Assembly: GCF_021869535.1 (NCBI RefSeq)
Contig: NW_026262668.1
Span: forward strand, 87,730,001-87,794,000
Source: Mytilus californianus
Lineage: Eukaryota
Reading direction: 5' to 3'
DNA: 64,000 nucleotides
Shown here: positions 25,060-37,052 of the stretch, piece after piece
Position numbering within the stretch: position 1 is the stretch's first letter
How the letters are laid out: every line of letters starts with the position of its first letter
Notes under the pieces: generated by a model
Databases searched by the model: none
The model's input: only the letters and a program-made list of their open reading frames with translations
Told to the model about the DNA's origin: nothing
Position numbers and translations under genes: made by a program

Positions 25060-25650
25060 TGAAGAAGACACTGAATATTTATCTGTTAAGTCTTGGTAGT
25101 TTCCGATTAATTTTTTGAGAAAAAGGACATTCGTTGACAAAACCCTGGCTCTTTAATTTTTTTCAGACACTGATGACGATTTACAAAAACTGAGTAGCTG
25201 CTGTAATCTCTTTAAAAATATCGTCAGAGATAAGAAATGTATACTCCATAAGCGGGGGCAATTTGAATATTGCTGCTAAGGTGAAAAAAAAATATAATTT
25301 TTAAATTAAAATCAATTCGATTGTCATAGATTCTGGTACTGAAATGTAAAGAAGCAGAGGAAGCTGTATGTATTGTTTCTTAAATTCATAGTCCAGGAGG
25401 ATATATAAGTGGGACCCTATCAGAAAATTTTGAATTTTCAATGGAAAAACCTCATCAACATACCTGGATGTGAAAGTCACTGATCTGGTTTCTTTGATCT
25501 TATTGGTTTTTTTTACAAATGTATGAAGGAATCTGAATCACATGAAAATTAGAAAAGGTCGGCAAGGAGAGGTGCACAGATTGTTCCCATAGAAATGCCG
25601 ACAATCTGCTGGAAAATTCTACATCCAAATTCAACAAATATAAACATGCC
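25060..25650 (-). mobile_element. Penelope-like RT scraps in the opposite orientation
   Basis: IFQQIVGISMGTICAPLLADLF (25650-25555) and SSNIQIAPAYGVYIS (25275-25225). Confidence 0.75.
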
Positions 25651-25877
25651 GATCATCTCTGAATAGCGACATATTGTAGCAACGCCAAAGAACGTTTAGA
25701 ATTTTCTTAGAAACCTATATATCACGTAATAATCACTTTTCTTTTTAATGATGACGATTAAGAAATGTGTAATACAAATATAAAATATTTAACTTTCTGT
25801 GATAAAAAAATAATCGAAAAGTTGACAGTTAAAAAATCACGTCCGTTCACAAACTTTCTATTTATGTTTTAATCATA

Positions 25878-28066
25878 ATAAACAAGTCTAAATTGAAAAC
25901 AACGTTCATACCTATGATTGCCTGTGATAAAAACCGCAATTTTTATACGTGTGCATGCAAAACAAATTTCTTGTTAGAGGGGTCTAAATACAGCACAAAC
26001 AACATTTTCCAAAAGACCAAAAAAGTGAAAAAGTATATTTTAACAAGACGCATTTGACTAACAGGTCGAACAACAAATTTTCCTAAACCCTGCTGACTGT
26101 CATTGGCGATTGCCAAATAAATGGATCACCGATGTAATAAATGGATCTTAATTATAAATTTAATACTAATCAGAAAACGATAAACTTGCGGAAAAGATGG
26201 TATACCGCAAACAAAAGGTGCAAAGGTTTTTGTACACCATATCCGGATTTCGACAATTAATGTCTCTTCAGTGATGTTAGGAATCGAAACGGTATTTGGA
26301 AAGCCATACAATTTACCTCAATTTAGGATAGACTCTTGAATTTTGAGGAGTCAAAATAGGATGAACGGATCATATAAACCCGAAGGCAAATATAATACAA
26401 GCCCAAACGAAAAAATTATAAACAAGTCTAAATTGAAAACAACGTTCAAACCTATGATTGCGTTGGATAAAAACCGCAATTTTTATACGTGTGCATGCAA
26501 AACAAATTTCTTGTTAGAGGGGTCTAAATACAGCACAAACAGCATTTTCCAAAAGACAAAAAAAGTGAAAAAGTATATTTTAACAAGACGCATTTGACTA
26601 ACAGGTCGAACAACAAATGTTCTTAAACCCTGCTGACTGTCATTGGCGATTGCCAAATAAATGGATCACCGATGTAATAAATGGATCTTAATTATAAATT
26701 TAATACTAATCAGAAAACGATAAACTTGCGGAAAAGATGGTATACCGCAAACAAAAGGTGCAAAGGTTTTTGTACACCATATCCGGATTTCGACAATTAA
26801 TGTCTCTTCAGTGATGTTAGGAATCGATACGGTATTTGGAAAGCCATACAATTTACCTCAATTTAGGATAGACTCTTGAATTTTGAGGAGTCAAAATAGG
26901 ATGAACGGATCATATAAACCCGAAGGCAAATATAATACAAGCCCAAACGAAAAAATTATAAACAAGTCTAAATTGAAAACAACGTTCAAACCTATGATTG
27001 CGTTGGATAAAAACCGCAACTTTTATACGTGTGCATGCAAAACAAATTTCTTGTTAGAGGGGTCTAAATACAGCACAAACAACATTTTCCAAAAGACCAA
27101 AAAAGTGAAAAAGTATATTTTAACAAGACGCATTTGACTAACAGGTCGAACAACAAATGTTCTTAAACCCTGCTGACTGTCATTGGCGATTGCCAAATAA
27201 ATGGATCACCGATGTAATAAATGGATCTTAATTATAAATTTAATACTAATCAGAAAACGATAAACTTGCGGAAAAGATGGTATACCGCAAACAAAAGGTG
27301 CAAAGGTTTTTGTACACCATATCCGGATTTCGACAATTAATGTCTCTTCAGTGATGTTAGGAATCGAAACGGTATTTGGAAAGCCATACAATTTACCTCA
27401 ATTTAGGATAGACTCTTGAATTTTGAGGAGTCAAAATAGGATGAACGGATCATATAAACCCGAAGGCAAATATAATACAAGCCCAAACGAAAAAATTATA
27501 AACAAGTCTAAATTGAAAACAACGTTCAAACCTATGATTGCGTTGGATAAAAACCGCAATTTTTATACGTGTGCATGCAAAACAAATTTCTTGTTAGAGG
27601 GGTCTAAATACAGCACAAACAACATTTTCCAAAAGACCAAAAAAGTGAAAAAGTATATTTTAACAAGACGCATTTGACTAACAGGTCGAACAACAAATGT
27701 TCTTAAACCCTGCTGACTGTCATTGGCGATTGCCAAATAAATGGATCACCGATGTAATAAATGGATCTTAATTATAAATTTAATACTAATCAGAAAACGA
27801 TAAACTTGCGGAAAAGATGGTATACCGCAAACAAAAGGTGCAAAGGTTTTTGTACACCATATCCGGATTTCGACAATTAATGTCTCTTCAGTGATGTTAG
27901 GAATCGAAACGGTATTTGGAAAGCCATACAATTTACCTCAATTTAGGATAGACTCTTGAATTTTGAGGAGTCAAAATAGGATGAACGGATCATATAAACC
28001 CGAAGGCAAATATAATACAAGCCCAAACGAAAAAATTATAAACAAGTCTAAATTGAAAACAACGTT
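25878..28066. repeat. Tandem array of 4 x 540 bp plus 29-bp terminal redundancy
   Basis: Unit starts at 25878, 26418, 26958, 27498 and 28038. Units differ by only scattered substitutions. The same short ORFs recur at 540-bp spacing. Confidence 0.97.
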
Positions 28067-28530
28067 GTTTTAATCATTATATACTGACAACCAAAATATC
28101 TTTTTTTTCTAACGATAATTTTATAATAATTTTTTTTAAATTGTTTGTAAAATGAATAGCAGTAAACATTTTAATCAATATTTTAGCGCTTTGTTTTAAA
28201 GCACTTTGACATCCTTGGTAAAACTATTGCTGGGTTTGGTCTTGAAGAAATTTTACATTTTCTGCACTTTTCCGCCAAAAACATATTCCATTATTTTTAT
28301 TCAAAATTACATGGGATTGTCTGTCATGATGTTAAACACTAATTCGCGAATTAAAATTAAATCAGATATCGAAATCGCAAAATTTTCAGTTTGTATTCCG
28401 GTTGATGGTCATTAAAATATTACAAAAGCACATGATTTATTACCCGGGATTTTAATAGGTTATTGTTACGGAATCTTTCAGTTTTCATTATAAGCGTGCG
28501 TGTGTACTTTTCTTTTGGATATTTGGTGTA

Positions 28531-28814
28531 CACAGGGAAATTTCACTCACGTGAATTTCACATCAAACGAGCTTATACGTAAAACTCATGAGAACTGATT
28601 TAACGTCAGTTTCATGTGAATCTCATGTGAAACTCACGTGAAAATCACATAGATTTTTTTCACGTTCAAATAACATCCAAATTTTCAAATTTCATTAAAA
28701 TCAGGAAAAATACCAATTTTGTTTTTGAAAAGTTGCGAGATTGTTTAATTTTCACGTGAGTTTCACGTATCAGCTCGTTTGAGGTGAATTTCATGAGAGC
28801 AAAATTTGCCTGTG
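28531..28814. mobile_element. MITE with about 60-bp TIRs and TA flanks
   Basis: TA|cacagggaaatttcactcacgtgaatttcacatcaaacgagct ... agctcgtttgaggtgaatttcatgagagcaaaatttgcctgtg|TA. Confidence 0.85.
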
Positions 28815-28904
28815 TAGTGTTTTCTTTAAATTTTAATCCCATGTTATCTTATCATTTATAGATTTATAATTGAATTGTTCACGGATATGTTCTTTTGATA
28901 TTGG

Positions 28905-29021
28905 CCATAATCACGTTAACCTTAAAAAAGTTTACTCGTGTATGACCATAATCACGTTAACTTGTCCTCGTGTATGACCATAATCACGTTAACTTTTCCT
29001 CGTGTAAGACCATAATCACGT
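28905..29021. repeat. Minisatellite, 4 copies of about 32 bp
   Basis: ccataatcacgt at 28905, 28946, 28978 and 29010. Confidence 0.85.
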
Positions 29022-31059
29022 CATTCGTTCATCTTTTATGACTATCGTCGAATGCGACATTAGCATCGGATGAAGATCAGCTACATGTAAACATTGGGGG
29101 CAACTTGAATGTTTTACCTTTCCGTGTTATGATAGTTCACCATCAGTTTTTGGTTGGGAGCGTGCCCAATCTTAAGTTTTTGCGGACTATAATTGTCTTT
29201 TCGGTCATTTTTTCAAATAACATTTTGTTTAAGCAATTTTATTTAATGCAGTTAATTCTTTTCGACAATCAATTTTTGTAAGAATCATTGGCATTACCAT
29301 GGGTTTTGGAACTAATAATCATAAGCTGATATCGATTCTAATGCGCAGATTTATACTTTGATTTCCAATTGGAATCGATCTAAATAGACTCTGAGTTCTC
29401 AGTAATTTTGAATATTCTTAATGAATTTGCGCATTCGAAGGCTTTAAGATAGCAATGCACCCATATTATTGTCCTTTCTGTCACCAATACTCTTATCTAG
29501 CAGATAGAGTTTGAGGTTTCTAATGAACAACTTACACCACCACATCTAATTCTACTAGTGAAATTCCAAACTCAGACTTTCATTGACTTTGTATGTTGAA
29601 AACTTTTTCTGATCATAAAGAGTTAAGGTACTGGACGTATATATTTTTTGTAAATTATTTATCTCGTCAACTGCCAAATAACAAAGATGTAAGCAACAGG
29701 ACTGCAGGTCATCCTACGATCATTAACACTAAACAATAGCCACCACACCGCATAGCAATGTTATAAAAGGCCCCCACATGACAAATCGTGTCAGTGATGT
29801 TAGGAATTTTCACATGCTTTTAATACCTGCTGTTAAAGAAGTCGCAGTAATTCTTCAAATAAAATGAACTTAATTAAAAACGCTTTTTGTCAACTATACT
29901 AAAAGCTATTAATAGCAGTTTTCTATTCAACTGATGTTCAAAAACAGTTTAATGAAAATTGAATATAATAGACACATTTCCATATATTTATATTGATGTT
30001 TGTTGTCACACAATAGGTCAATAGACTGTCGAAATAACATTGCTGTAACATGCAAAATTTTGTCAAAAAATATTTTAAATGTTCAAACCATGTAGTTCTT
30101 CTACACTTTGCTTATATATTTTTGCTCATTAATTAATAATTATTCTGCGTGTCAATTGTAGTAAAACGAAACAATAAAACACCATATTGGCTCCAATAAA
30201 GAGGATAACAATGTTTTGCTATATTATGTAACTACTCATAATATACTGCAAATTAATTCGCACTTGCTGAAAATTGGCTCATTCCTTGAATGCATACATT
30301 TTGCGTAGAAATTAATGGTAAAAGGATAACTTTGTCCTAGATTTTATATGATTGTGTACATACACTCTAGCACAAACTGCGTAACAAGAGGACACAATAA
30401 ATGCATATTCAAGAAAGGAAAAGACAAGAAAATATTTTATTTCAGTATCACTTCTAATAGATACATATAAAAATTCACATAACATATAAATCAAGAGCAA
30501 CTTTAAAAGTGTTATATTAAGAGAATATATACACACGAATACATAAAACGTGCAAGGTACATAGTTTTGGTATCTTTTACCACTGTTGTTCTGCTTACAC
30601 CGCAAATCAGTGTATTTATATACTTTTCAAGGGATTTCACATACAAATTGAATACGAAATGTCGTCAAACTTTCCCTTTTCAAACTATCAAGTTTTATTT
30701 TATTTGTGTTCAACTTCACTATTCGTAACAAAAAATAGAGAAAAAAAAACGTTTAACGCGTCCTACAAAAGATTTTGATATATTGCTGTTATTCCGGGAT
30801 ACATTTATTTCTTACAAAATATTCATCTAATTTTTTTAGGAAATATAGAAAAAAGGGGGATAACTGTTTGCCTTATCGTTTGTTGGCTTATACACGGACA
30901 ATTTTCAGAAAACATATCTTTATAATGACTAAATATTTTGTAGCAAGTTATTTATTTTGAAATTAGTTTTATTTTGCTTTTTTGGCAATTCATGCCACCC
31001 ATCAATTCCCCCAGACAGTGTAAATCGCCTTGCGGACGTCGATTAATGTACAAAATATT

Positions 31060-33224
31060 ACCAAACTCAAGCTGGTAGCCACTTTTACCAGCCAATCAAG
31101 ATAGCAGTCACTTTTTTCAAGCAGCCAATTTGAATGATATGTCTAAAAACCAAAAAACTGTATAAAACTCAAACGTTCCAAAAATCTCAAAATCTTAGTT
31201 AAATATAAAAGCACCTCCTTTGACAGCGGAATTCGACATTTTCACGTCTTGTCGTGATCTCAAAAGATGACAATCCTTTTTATATACCAACGATGCTAGC
31301 TAGCAGCCACTTTTTTCGGATGACACTGTTTGTTAAATAAAAAATTGTACAATTTAAAATCGTTTTTTCCGTTCTATTTCTCGTTTTTTGATTCCTTATG
31401 ATTAGGAGGTACAGAAACAATGTAGGAATAGAAAATAAAAAAAAAATCAAAGTACAATTTACATTGTTAATAATTGATTTAAGTAAGTTGTGAGGAATCG
31501 TGCTATATATATATATATATATATTTCCACTGACCTGAATAAAAAAGATGCAATGTACGGCAGAAAAACTACATACAGGCTTTCCATACACTCGGCATCC
31601 TTTCTCAAATATTTAGTATTTCAGTTCAAACCATTTTCAATATCTATTTCTGTATATATGAAATTTTAAATGTGAACAAGTATTTTCTATAAAAATCCTA
31701 CGTGGACTATTTTGTACGGCATGCGACATTACCAATTTATGTTTGTCTTTAAAATTTTCCTTGTCAAATGTGCCAGTACAAATAATTGACATATAACTAA
31801 AACTGTGGTGTCAAGACAGGCTCGGATCCCAGAAAAATATTTAAATGTGAATAGCCTCGGTCAACACCTTCAATTGAAATGACCTAGGTCTGGTTCGGAA
31901 CTTTGCCGTAGGGACTTGCCGAGGAGTACCGAATGTGTGGTAACGTACCATCCATATCAACCACATATGCTTTCGGTACTCCACGGCAAGTCCCTACGGC
32001 AAAGTTCTGAACCAAACCTAGCTCATAACAAAGGTACTGACCCATGTCATCGCTCACTTAAATATCTTCATGGGATCCAGGCCCGTCTACACATCCCAGG
32101 GGTCCAAAGCTGCAACTTTACGTATTTTCCATGTCAACTACACATTCGGTACTCCTCGGCAAGTCCTACGGACAGTTTTTTTGACAATCTGGATCAGATT
32201 GAAAACTTTTGACCCTGCATCTGTCAATTATTTGTACTTGCACATTAGACAAAGAAAATTTCAAGTTTAAATTAAAAGTTTGTAATGTTGCATGCCGTAT
32301 AAAATAGTCCATATAAGATTTTCATAGAAAATACTTGTTCACATGAAAAAACGGATTCACATAACATGTATATCGAAATGTTTTCATTTCATGTAGGGGC
32401 CTCGGTGGCCGAGTGGTCTAAGTAGTAAAGAAAATGAACAGTAATTTAGATATCGTTTTCAATTGTATATCTGTGATATTTTGTATATAGTGTTAATAAA
32501 TATATCAAGAGAAAAAAAGGAGTCGAACTACTGTATCACTAGCCAGTCAACACTGAGGTTGTGAGTTCGAATCCCACACGAGGCAGGTGCACTCGACTCC
32601 AATTTTAATTGACTAGGATTGTCAGTTTTCCTACCGAAGGTCGGTGGTTCTCTCCGGGCACTCCGGCTTCCTCCACCAATAAAAACTGACCGCCACGAAA
32701 TAGTACATTAATGTTGAAAGTGGCGTTAAACGTCAATCAATCAATTAATCAATCATTTCATATAGTCATATAGAGAAGTAGATATTATAAATGATTTTAA
32801 CTGAAATACGGTATATTTGAGGATGCCGAGTGTATGGAAAGTCCGTATGTAGTATTTCTGTCTTACACTGTATCTTTTTTATTCAGTTTAATGAAAATAT
32901 ATATATAATACAATTCATCACAACTAACTTGAATCAAATATTAACAATTATTGTTTTTGTACTTAGATTTTTTTTATTTTCTTCTGGCATCATTGGTATA
33001 TAATACGGATTGTCATCTTTTGAGAATCATGACAAGACGTGAAAATGTCGAATTCCGCTGTCAAAGGAGGTGCTATTATATTTAACTAATATTTTGAGAT
33101 TTTTGGAACGTTTGAGTCTTATACAGTTTTTTTGTTTTTAGACATATCATTAAAACTGGCTGCTAGAAAAAAGTGGCGGCTATCTTGATTGGCTGCTAAA
33201 AGTGGCTGCCAGCTTGAGTCTGGT
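31060..33224. mobile_element. Non-autonomous foldback (Mutator-like) element with about 700-bp inverted arms
   Basis: 31060-31790 is the inverted match of 32220-33224 once the SINE is removed. Flanks caaaatatt (31051-31059) and caaaatatg (33225-33233) form a near-perfect 9-bp TSD. Confidence 0.82.
32396..32753 (+). mobile_element. tRNA-derived SINE (V-domain-like core) inserted in the foldback arm
   Basis: A box tggccgagtggt, B box gttcgaatccc, core tctccgggcactccggcttcctccacc, (CAAT)n tail. TSD catttcatgta / catttcatata. Confidence 0.88.
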
Positions 33225-33950
33225 CAAAATATGTCCTAACCTGATACAATGTGTGCTCTATATTTACAAGTCAAGAAGACTTCGTTGGCATTCCTCTTAT
33301 TTAAAAGTGTAGTCAAAACAGAAACTTAATAGTCTTCTAATTATATTTCAAGGTAATGTTACAAATGTACAAATGTACCATTTTTCTGTGTGTTTTAAAT
33401 GAATGATTTTTTTTTTGTTCAAGAAATTGCAAAAACACTTTGTATCTCTTGTTGACAACTCAGTGAAAACCTATAAAAATAATTAAAATAAGGAATATAT
33501 TTCTTATTCAAATAACTACTCGACAATTTAAAATGGATACAAATCTTATTTACTCGATTATTTAAAACAAGCACGTAGAACATATACATCACAATACAAA
33601 GCACATGAAAAAGACTTCTAAAACACCTATATACTAATTTCAAGATATGTATAATACATTCTACATTTGTATGATGATTTATTTTCATACAGTTTCAGTT
33701 ATGTTTGCAAAGAAGAGTTTATTGTTTGAAAGTTAGTATTTTAAAAGCAATATCGCATGAAAAAGTTTCATTGCCTCTTACCGTAAGTAATTAAACACTG
33801 ACTATTTACAAAATTTCCTAACTGAAGCCATGAAAATTGTCGGATCGAGTAAATACAAAATACTTTCAGAGAAAGAACACAATATATATATCACGATAAA
33901 AAATAGCTAAAAGTTGTTTATAATTCAATTGTGTCTTGTCCCCAAAACGT

Positions 33951-35219
33951 TTACTGCGCATATGTCAGTGATGTTTCTGAAACTTGTATATTCCTATCAT
34001 TTGCTGATTTTCTGCAAAAGTACTTTTTACAAAATGCTTCACGAAAGGAACTCGACATCGAGAAAAATAAGACCGGAAAGGCTCCATGCTTCACATTATC
34101 TAAAGTCCCAAATATTAAAGACAGTATGATACCGACATAAATTTTGCTTCCTCCAATCTTAAACTCGTAGTCAACCTTAGCAAATATAAGATAAACCGTA
34201 TACGGAAAGGCAACCACAATCTGAACGAAGGCAACTGTTAGAAATATTTTTGTCAATCTCCTTGTAAAATTTTCTTTAGCTTCCTTTAACTTGTCGTTCG
34301 ATGACACCGCCTTTGAAGCAGACGACCTTTTCAGAGATATAAGTGTTAATATGAAAAACACAATTGTCGTCGGAATAGGAATCAGATACGTCAAAAAGAT
34401 ACCAACAAACCCATACACATTGAAGATATCCATGTTTCGATTCGCTAGTTCTGTGTATTGTGTAATGAAAGTGACTTTTCCGGTAACTTGATCGGTTACG
34501 GCTTTGTACTGAAATCTAAATATGTTGAAGCTAAAAACGATAATGTTAATCAATAATAAAATGAAGGTTGTCCGTTTTGGGTGTTGCGAAAGTATAAATC
34601 TATTCATGTAGAAAGGAAAAGCTACAGCTACAAAGCTGTTTAGTGACATCACAGCGTACATGGCGTATGTTACTGCTTTTAATGCATATTGAAGGAAGAC
34701 TCCAGTAAAAAGAAGGACCCATTTCATTATATCTGTTACAGTTGTATCTAGATAATTATACTTCATTCTATATAAAAAGTAGTTAAAAAGCTTTAAAACC
34801 AGCAAACAGATATTCGAAATTAAAAAACATTTGATAAAATTTGTCGCGTTATCATGCTTGTGTTGTGAAACGAAAACAATCAATCCCATAACATTCGTCA
34901 CTAACCCAGCAACACAGACAAAAGGTTCTATATAAAAGACTATTTGTGTCAAGTCATCAGCAATCCGTTTTAGGTCTGACGATGATGTCTGTGATAAAGG
35001 AGGGCCAGTAGACATGCCACTTATTGTCATTTGAGAAACTGTACTTTTGATATTTTCATTGTCAGATATATTGGTTCCGAAACTCGTAGTGGACTCTTCA
35101 GTTGTTCTCTCATTCTTCGAGACAATCGTCGTGTTCATACATTCCACTAATATGTTCCGTGTTGGTGGATGAGTAAAGGAAATTATGACGGACAAAAACT
35201 GTAATAATGTCTTTCCCAT
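33951..35219 (-). CDS. Rhodopsin-class (class A) orphan GPCR, FMRFamide-receptor-like / molluscan chemoreceptor-like
   Basis: Uninterrupted 422-aa ORF with seven hydrophobic segments: TM1 GLVTN, TM3 end LNSFVAVAFP, TM6 AFPY, TM7/helix 8 FPVLFFSMSSSFR. Ser/Thr-rich N-terminus with NTT and NIS sequons. Splice acceptor (ttcttaacag) lies 18 nt upstream of the ATG, exon starting at 35237. Confidence 0.93.
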   Translation of the reverse strand: MGKTLLQFLSVIISFTHPPTRNILVECMNTTIVSKNERTTEESTTSFGTNISDNENIKSTVSQMTISGMSTGPPLSQTSSSDLKRIADDLTQIVFYIEPFVCVAGLVTNVMGLIVFVSQHKHDNATNFIKCFLISNICLLVLKLFNYFLYRMKYNYLDTTVTDIMKWVLLFTGVFLQYALKAVTYAMYAVMSLNSFVAVAFPFYMNRFILSQHPKRTTFILLLINIIVFSFNIFRFQYKAVTDQVTGKVTFITQYTELANRNMDIFNVYGFVGIFLTYLIPIPTTIVFFILTLISLKRSSASKAVSSNDKLKEAKENFTRRLTKIFLTVAFVQIVVAFPYTVYLIFAKVDYEFKIGGSKIYVGIILSLIFGTLDNVKHGAFPVLFFSMSSSFREAFCKKYFCRKSANDRNIQVSETSLTYAQ

Positions 35220-35947
35220 TCTCTGATTATACCAAACCTGTTAAGAATAAATGTACAAACATTTAGTAATTGGCGTAACTAAACAACATTGAGTTATAAG
35301 ATGATATGCTAATTGAAAATACAAGATAAAGTTTTAGTTGAATTTATTGTGTCTTGAAATGACATGCAATAGTATTATCCTGCTTAGTTATGCACATCAT
35401 TAATCAATGCATATATGTATGTATTTTTTTTTTTTGCCGTTTGAAAAGGTCTAAATATTTGAAATACTTGATGCAGTTTAATCTACTAAAATAAATATAT
35501 AAACACCGACCTAGAGACAACTATATGGTTCCCGCAGAACTTTTATGTAAGCGAAAACGCCACTTGGGTTAGATATCTTTCCTATTATTATTGAGAGATT
35601 ATTTTAACCATTTAGTATCATATCAAGGTTGTCTTTTTTTAAGTTTAAAATTAAAAAATAATCTGATTGAAATGTTCAACTATTAACTTCCAATTTTTAT
35701 AATGATCAATTGGGAATAAACTTAAAACTTTATTAAAATCCTTTTGATCTGATTTGTACCGGATTACATGCGTTTTATTTATCCAATTTAATAATATATG
35801 AGTTAACACGTTGAACTATATTTTATCAGCGTTGCCAAAGGCACAGACCTATTTGAAACCAAATCGATAGAAAAACCCCGTATTATGATTCTCCTGGCAA
35901 ATAATTTCAAAACTGACTGATTAAAAAGGCACTATAACTTATAAGAA

Positions 35948-36170
35948 CATTAAGGCCATACCAATTTAATATTTAGTTCTTTGGATTTTCTAATGTTAAA
36001 AAAATGGGGCGAGTGAGCGAATTTTTGTATTTTTATTTATTTATAGACATGCCATTTTTTCAGGCGCAGAGAATTTTATGGAACGAGCGATATATTTTTA
36101 TGATTTTATTCTCAAAAAATAGTTCTATCAATCGAAGCAAAATTTGTTGTCCGAGCATCTTAACCTAAGT
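35948..36170. mobile_element. Probable MITE fragment
   Basis: Starts ttaaggccataccaatttaa, resembling a recalled bivalve MITE end. The partner TIR was not found. Confidence 0.35.
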
Positions 36171-36823
36171 CAATGAAGCATGAAACATAGGAGGTCAGGG
36201 TACTCTCTCGTCCATGTATTTATGGCGTCTTGAAAGGCCATTTTATTTTTTTTTCTGTCGTAGGAAGGCGTCACAGAATAACAATTAAAATAGCCTTTTA
36301 AGACGTCATAATTATTTAGACTAGGTACGCTCATCCAGATATATCTGCAAACCAATTTATATGGTGGGTCAATTAGTTTCAGAGAACTGATTGTGGATGT
36401 GGACAGCAACGCGGATGCAAAGTCTACTTCATGAGTGCTTTTCAACTTTAACTAGAATGTCAAATATACACTTATTTATATTTAATTTTAATAACATTCA
36501 AATCAATGATCAAATCGACATTATACTACATCTAGCTCTGAATACATGTACAAATAGAAAAATTTCAGTTTAGTTGTGAGTTAATACACAGATGTCAACA
36601 GTTTCAACACTCTTTGAACACTGAATTCTGAATTATCTTTTAGTTTTTTTTTCTGTCTTTTATTGAACCCCCCTTTTTCCCTCATGTTTTCTCTTCAAGT
36701 CCCTTTGTACGACATGCAACACACATTGGACGGACTACTGAGAAACTGACAAATTCATATCAACACGCGAGATCGTCATCGCTTTTGACAATGGCTGAGT
36801 TCGTGCAGACATTTTGCACATAC

Positions 36824-36826
36824 CAT
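36824..36826 (-). CDS. Putative first coding exon (ATG only) of the GPCR gene
   Basis: Minus strand ...caattgATG|GTATGT is a strong donor. Splicing to the acceptor at 35237 gives in-frame MVWYNQR-MGKTLL. Inference; no transcript evidence. Confidence 0.4.
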
Positions 36827-36994
36827 CAATTGAAACGCTTTTATCTTTCGCATCTACTGACGTTTGGAATTTTTTTTCGAATGTCGCGTTGACTGAGCAT
36901 TCTACTGCTTTTTTTGCTTCGCATCGCGGAGCGAAGCTATTTGTTTAATAAGATATTCACGCAATCTTGAAATTATTACGTAACAAATATCGGT

Positions 36995-37052
36995 TCTCAT
37001 TGGTTGCACGAGGGAAAGATTCTATTGGCTAGAATGAGATATAGAATTGGGC
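36995..37052 (-). promoter_or_regulatory. Cluster of three CCAAT boxes in a locally CpG-rich segment
   Basis: ATTGG on + at 36999, 37024 and 37046 (CCAAT on -), about 170-220 nt upstream of the donor at 36823. Confidence 0.35.

Noticed and set aside
25170-25200. CTGATGA as another hammerhead
   Set aside because: It is the antisense of RT codons (HQCL), with no stems and no GAAA.
26126-27931. Repeated 61-aa and 84-aa ORFs
   Set aside because: They simply recur with the 540-bp unit and show no domain features; the + ORF starts at TTG.
32396-32575. tRNA gene
   Set aside because: A and B boxes continue into a SINE body with tail and TSD, with no cloverleaf. The same applies to 2164-2230.
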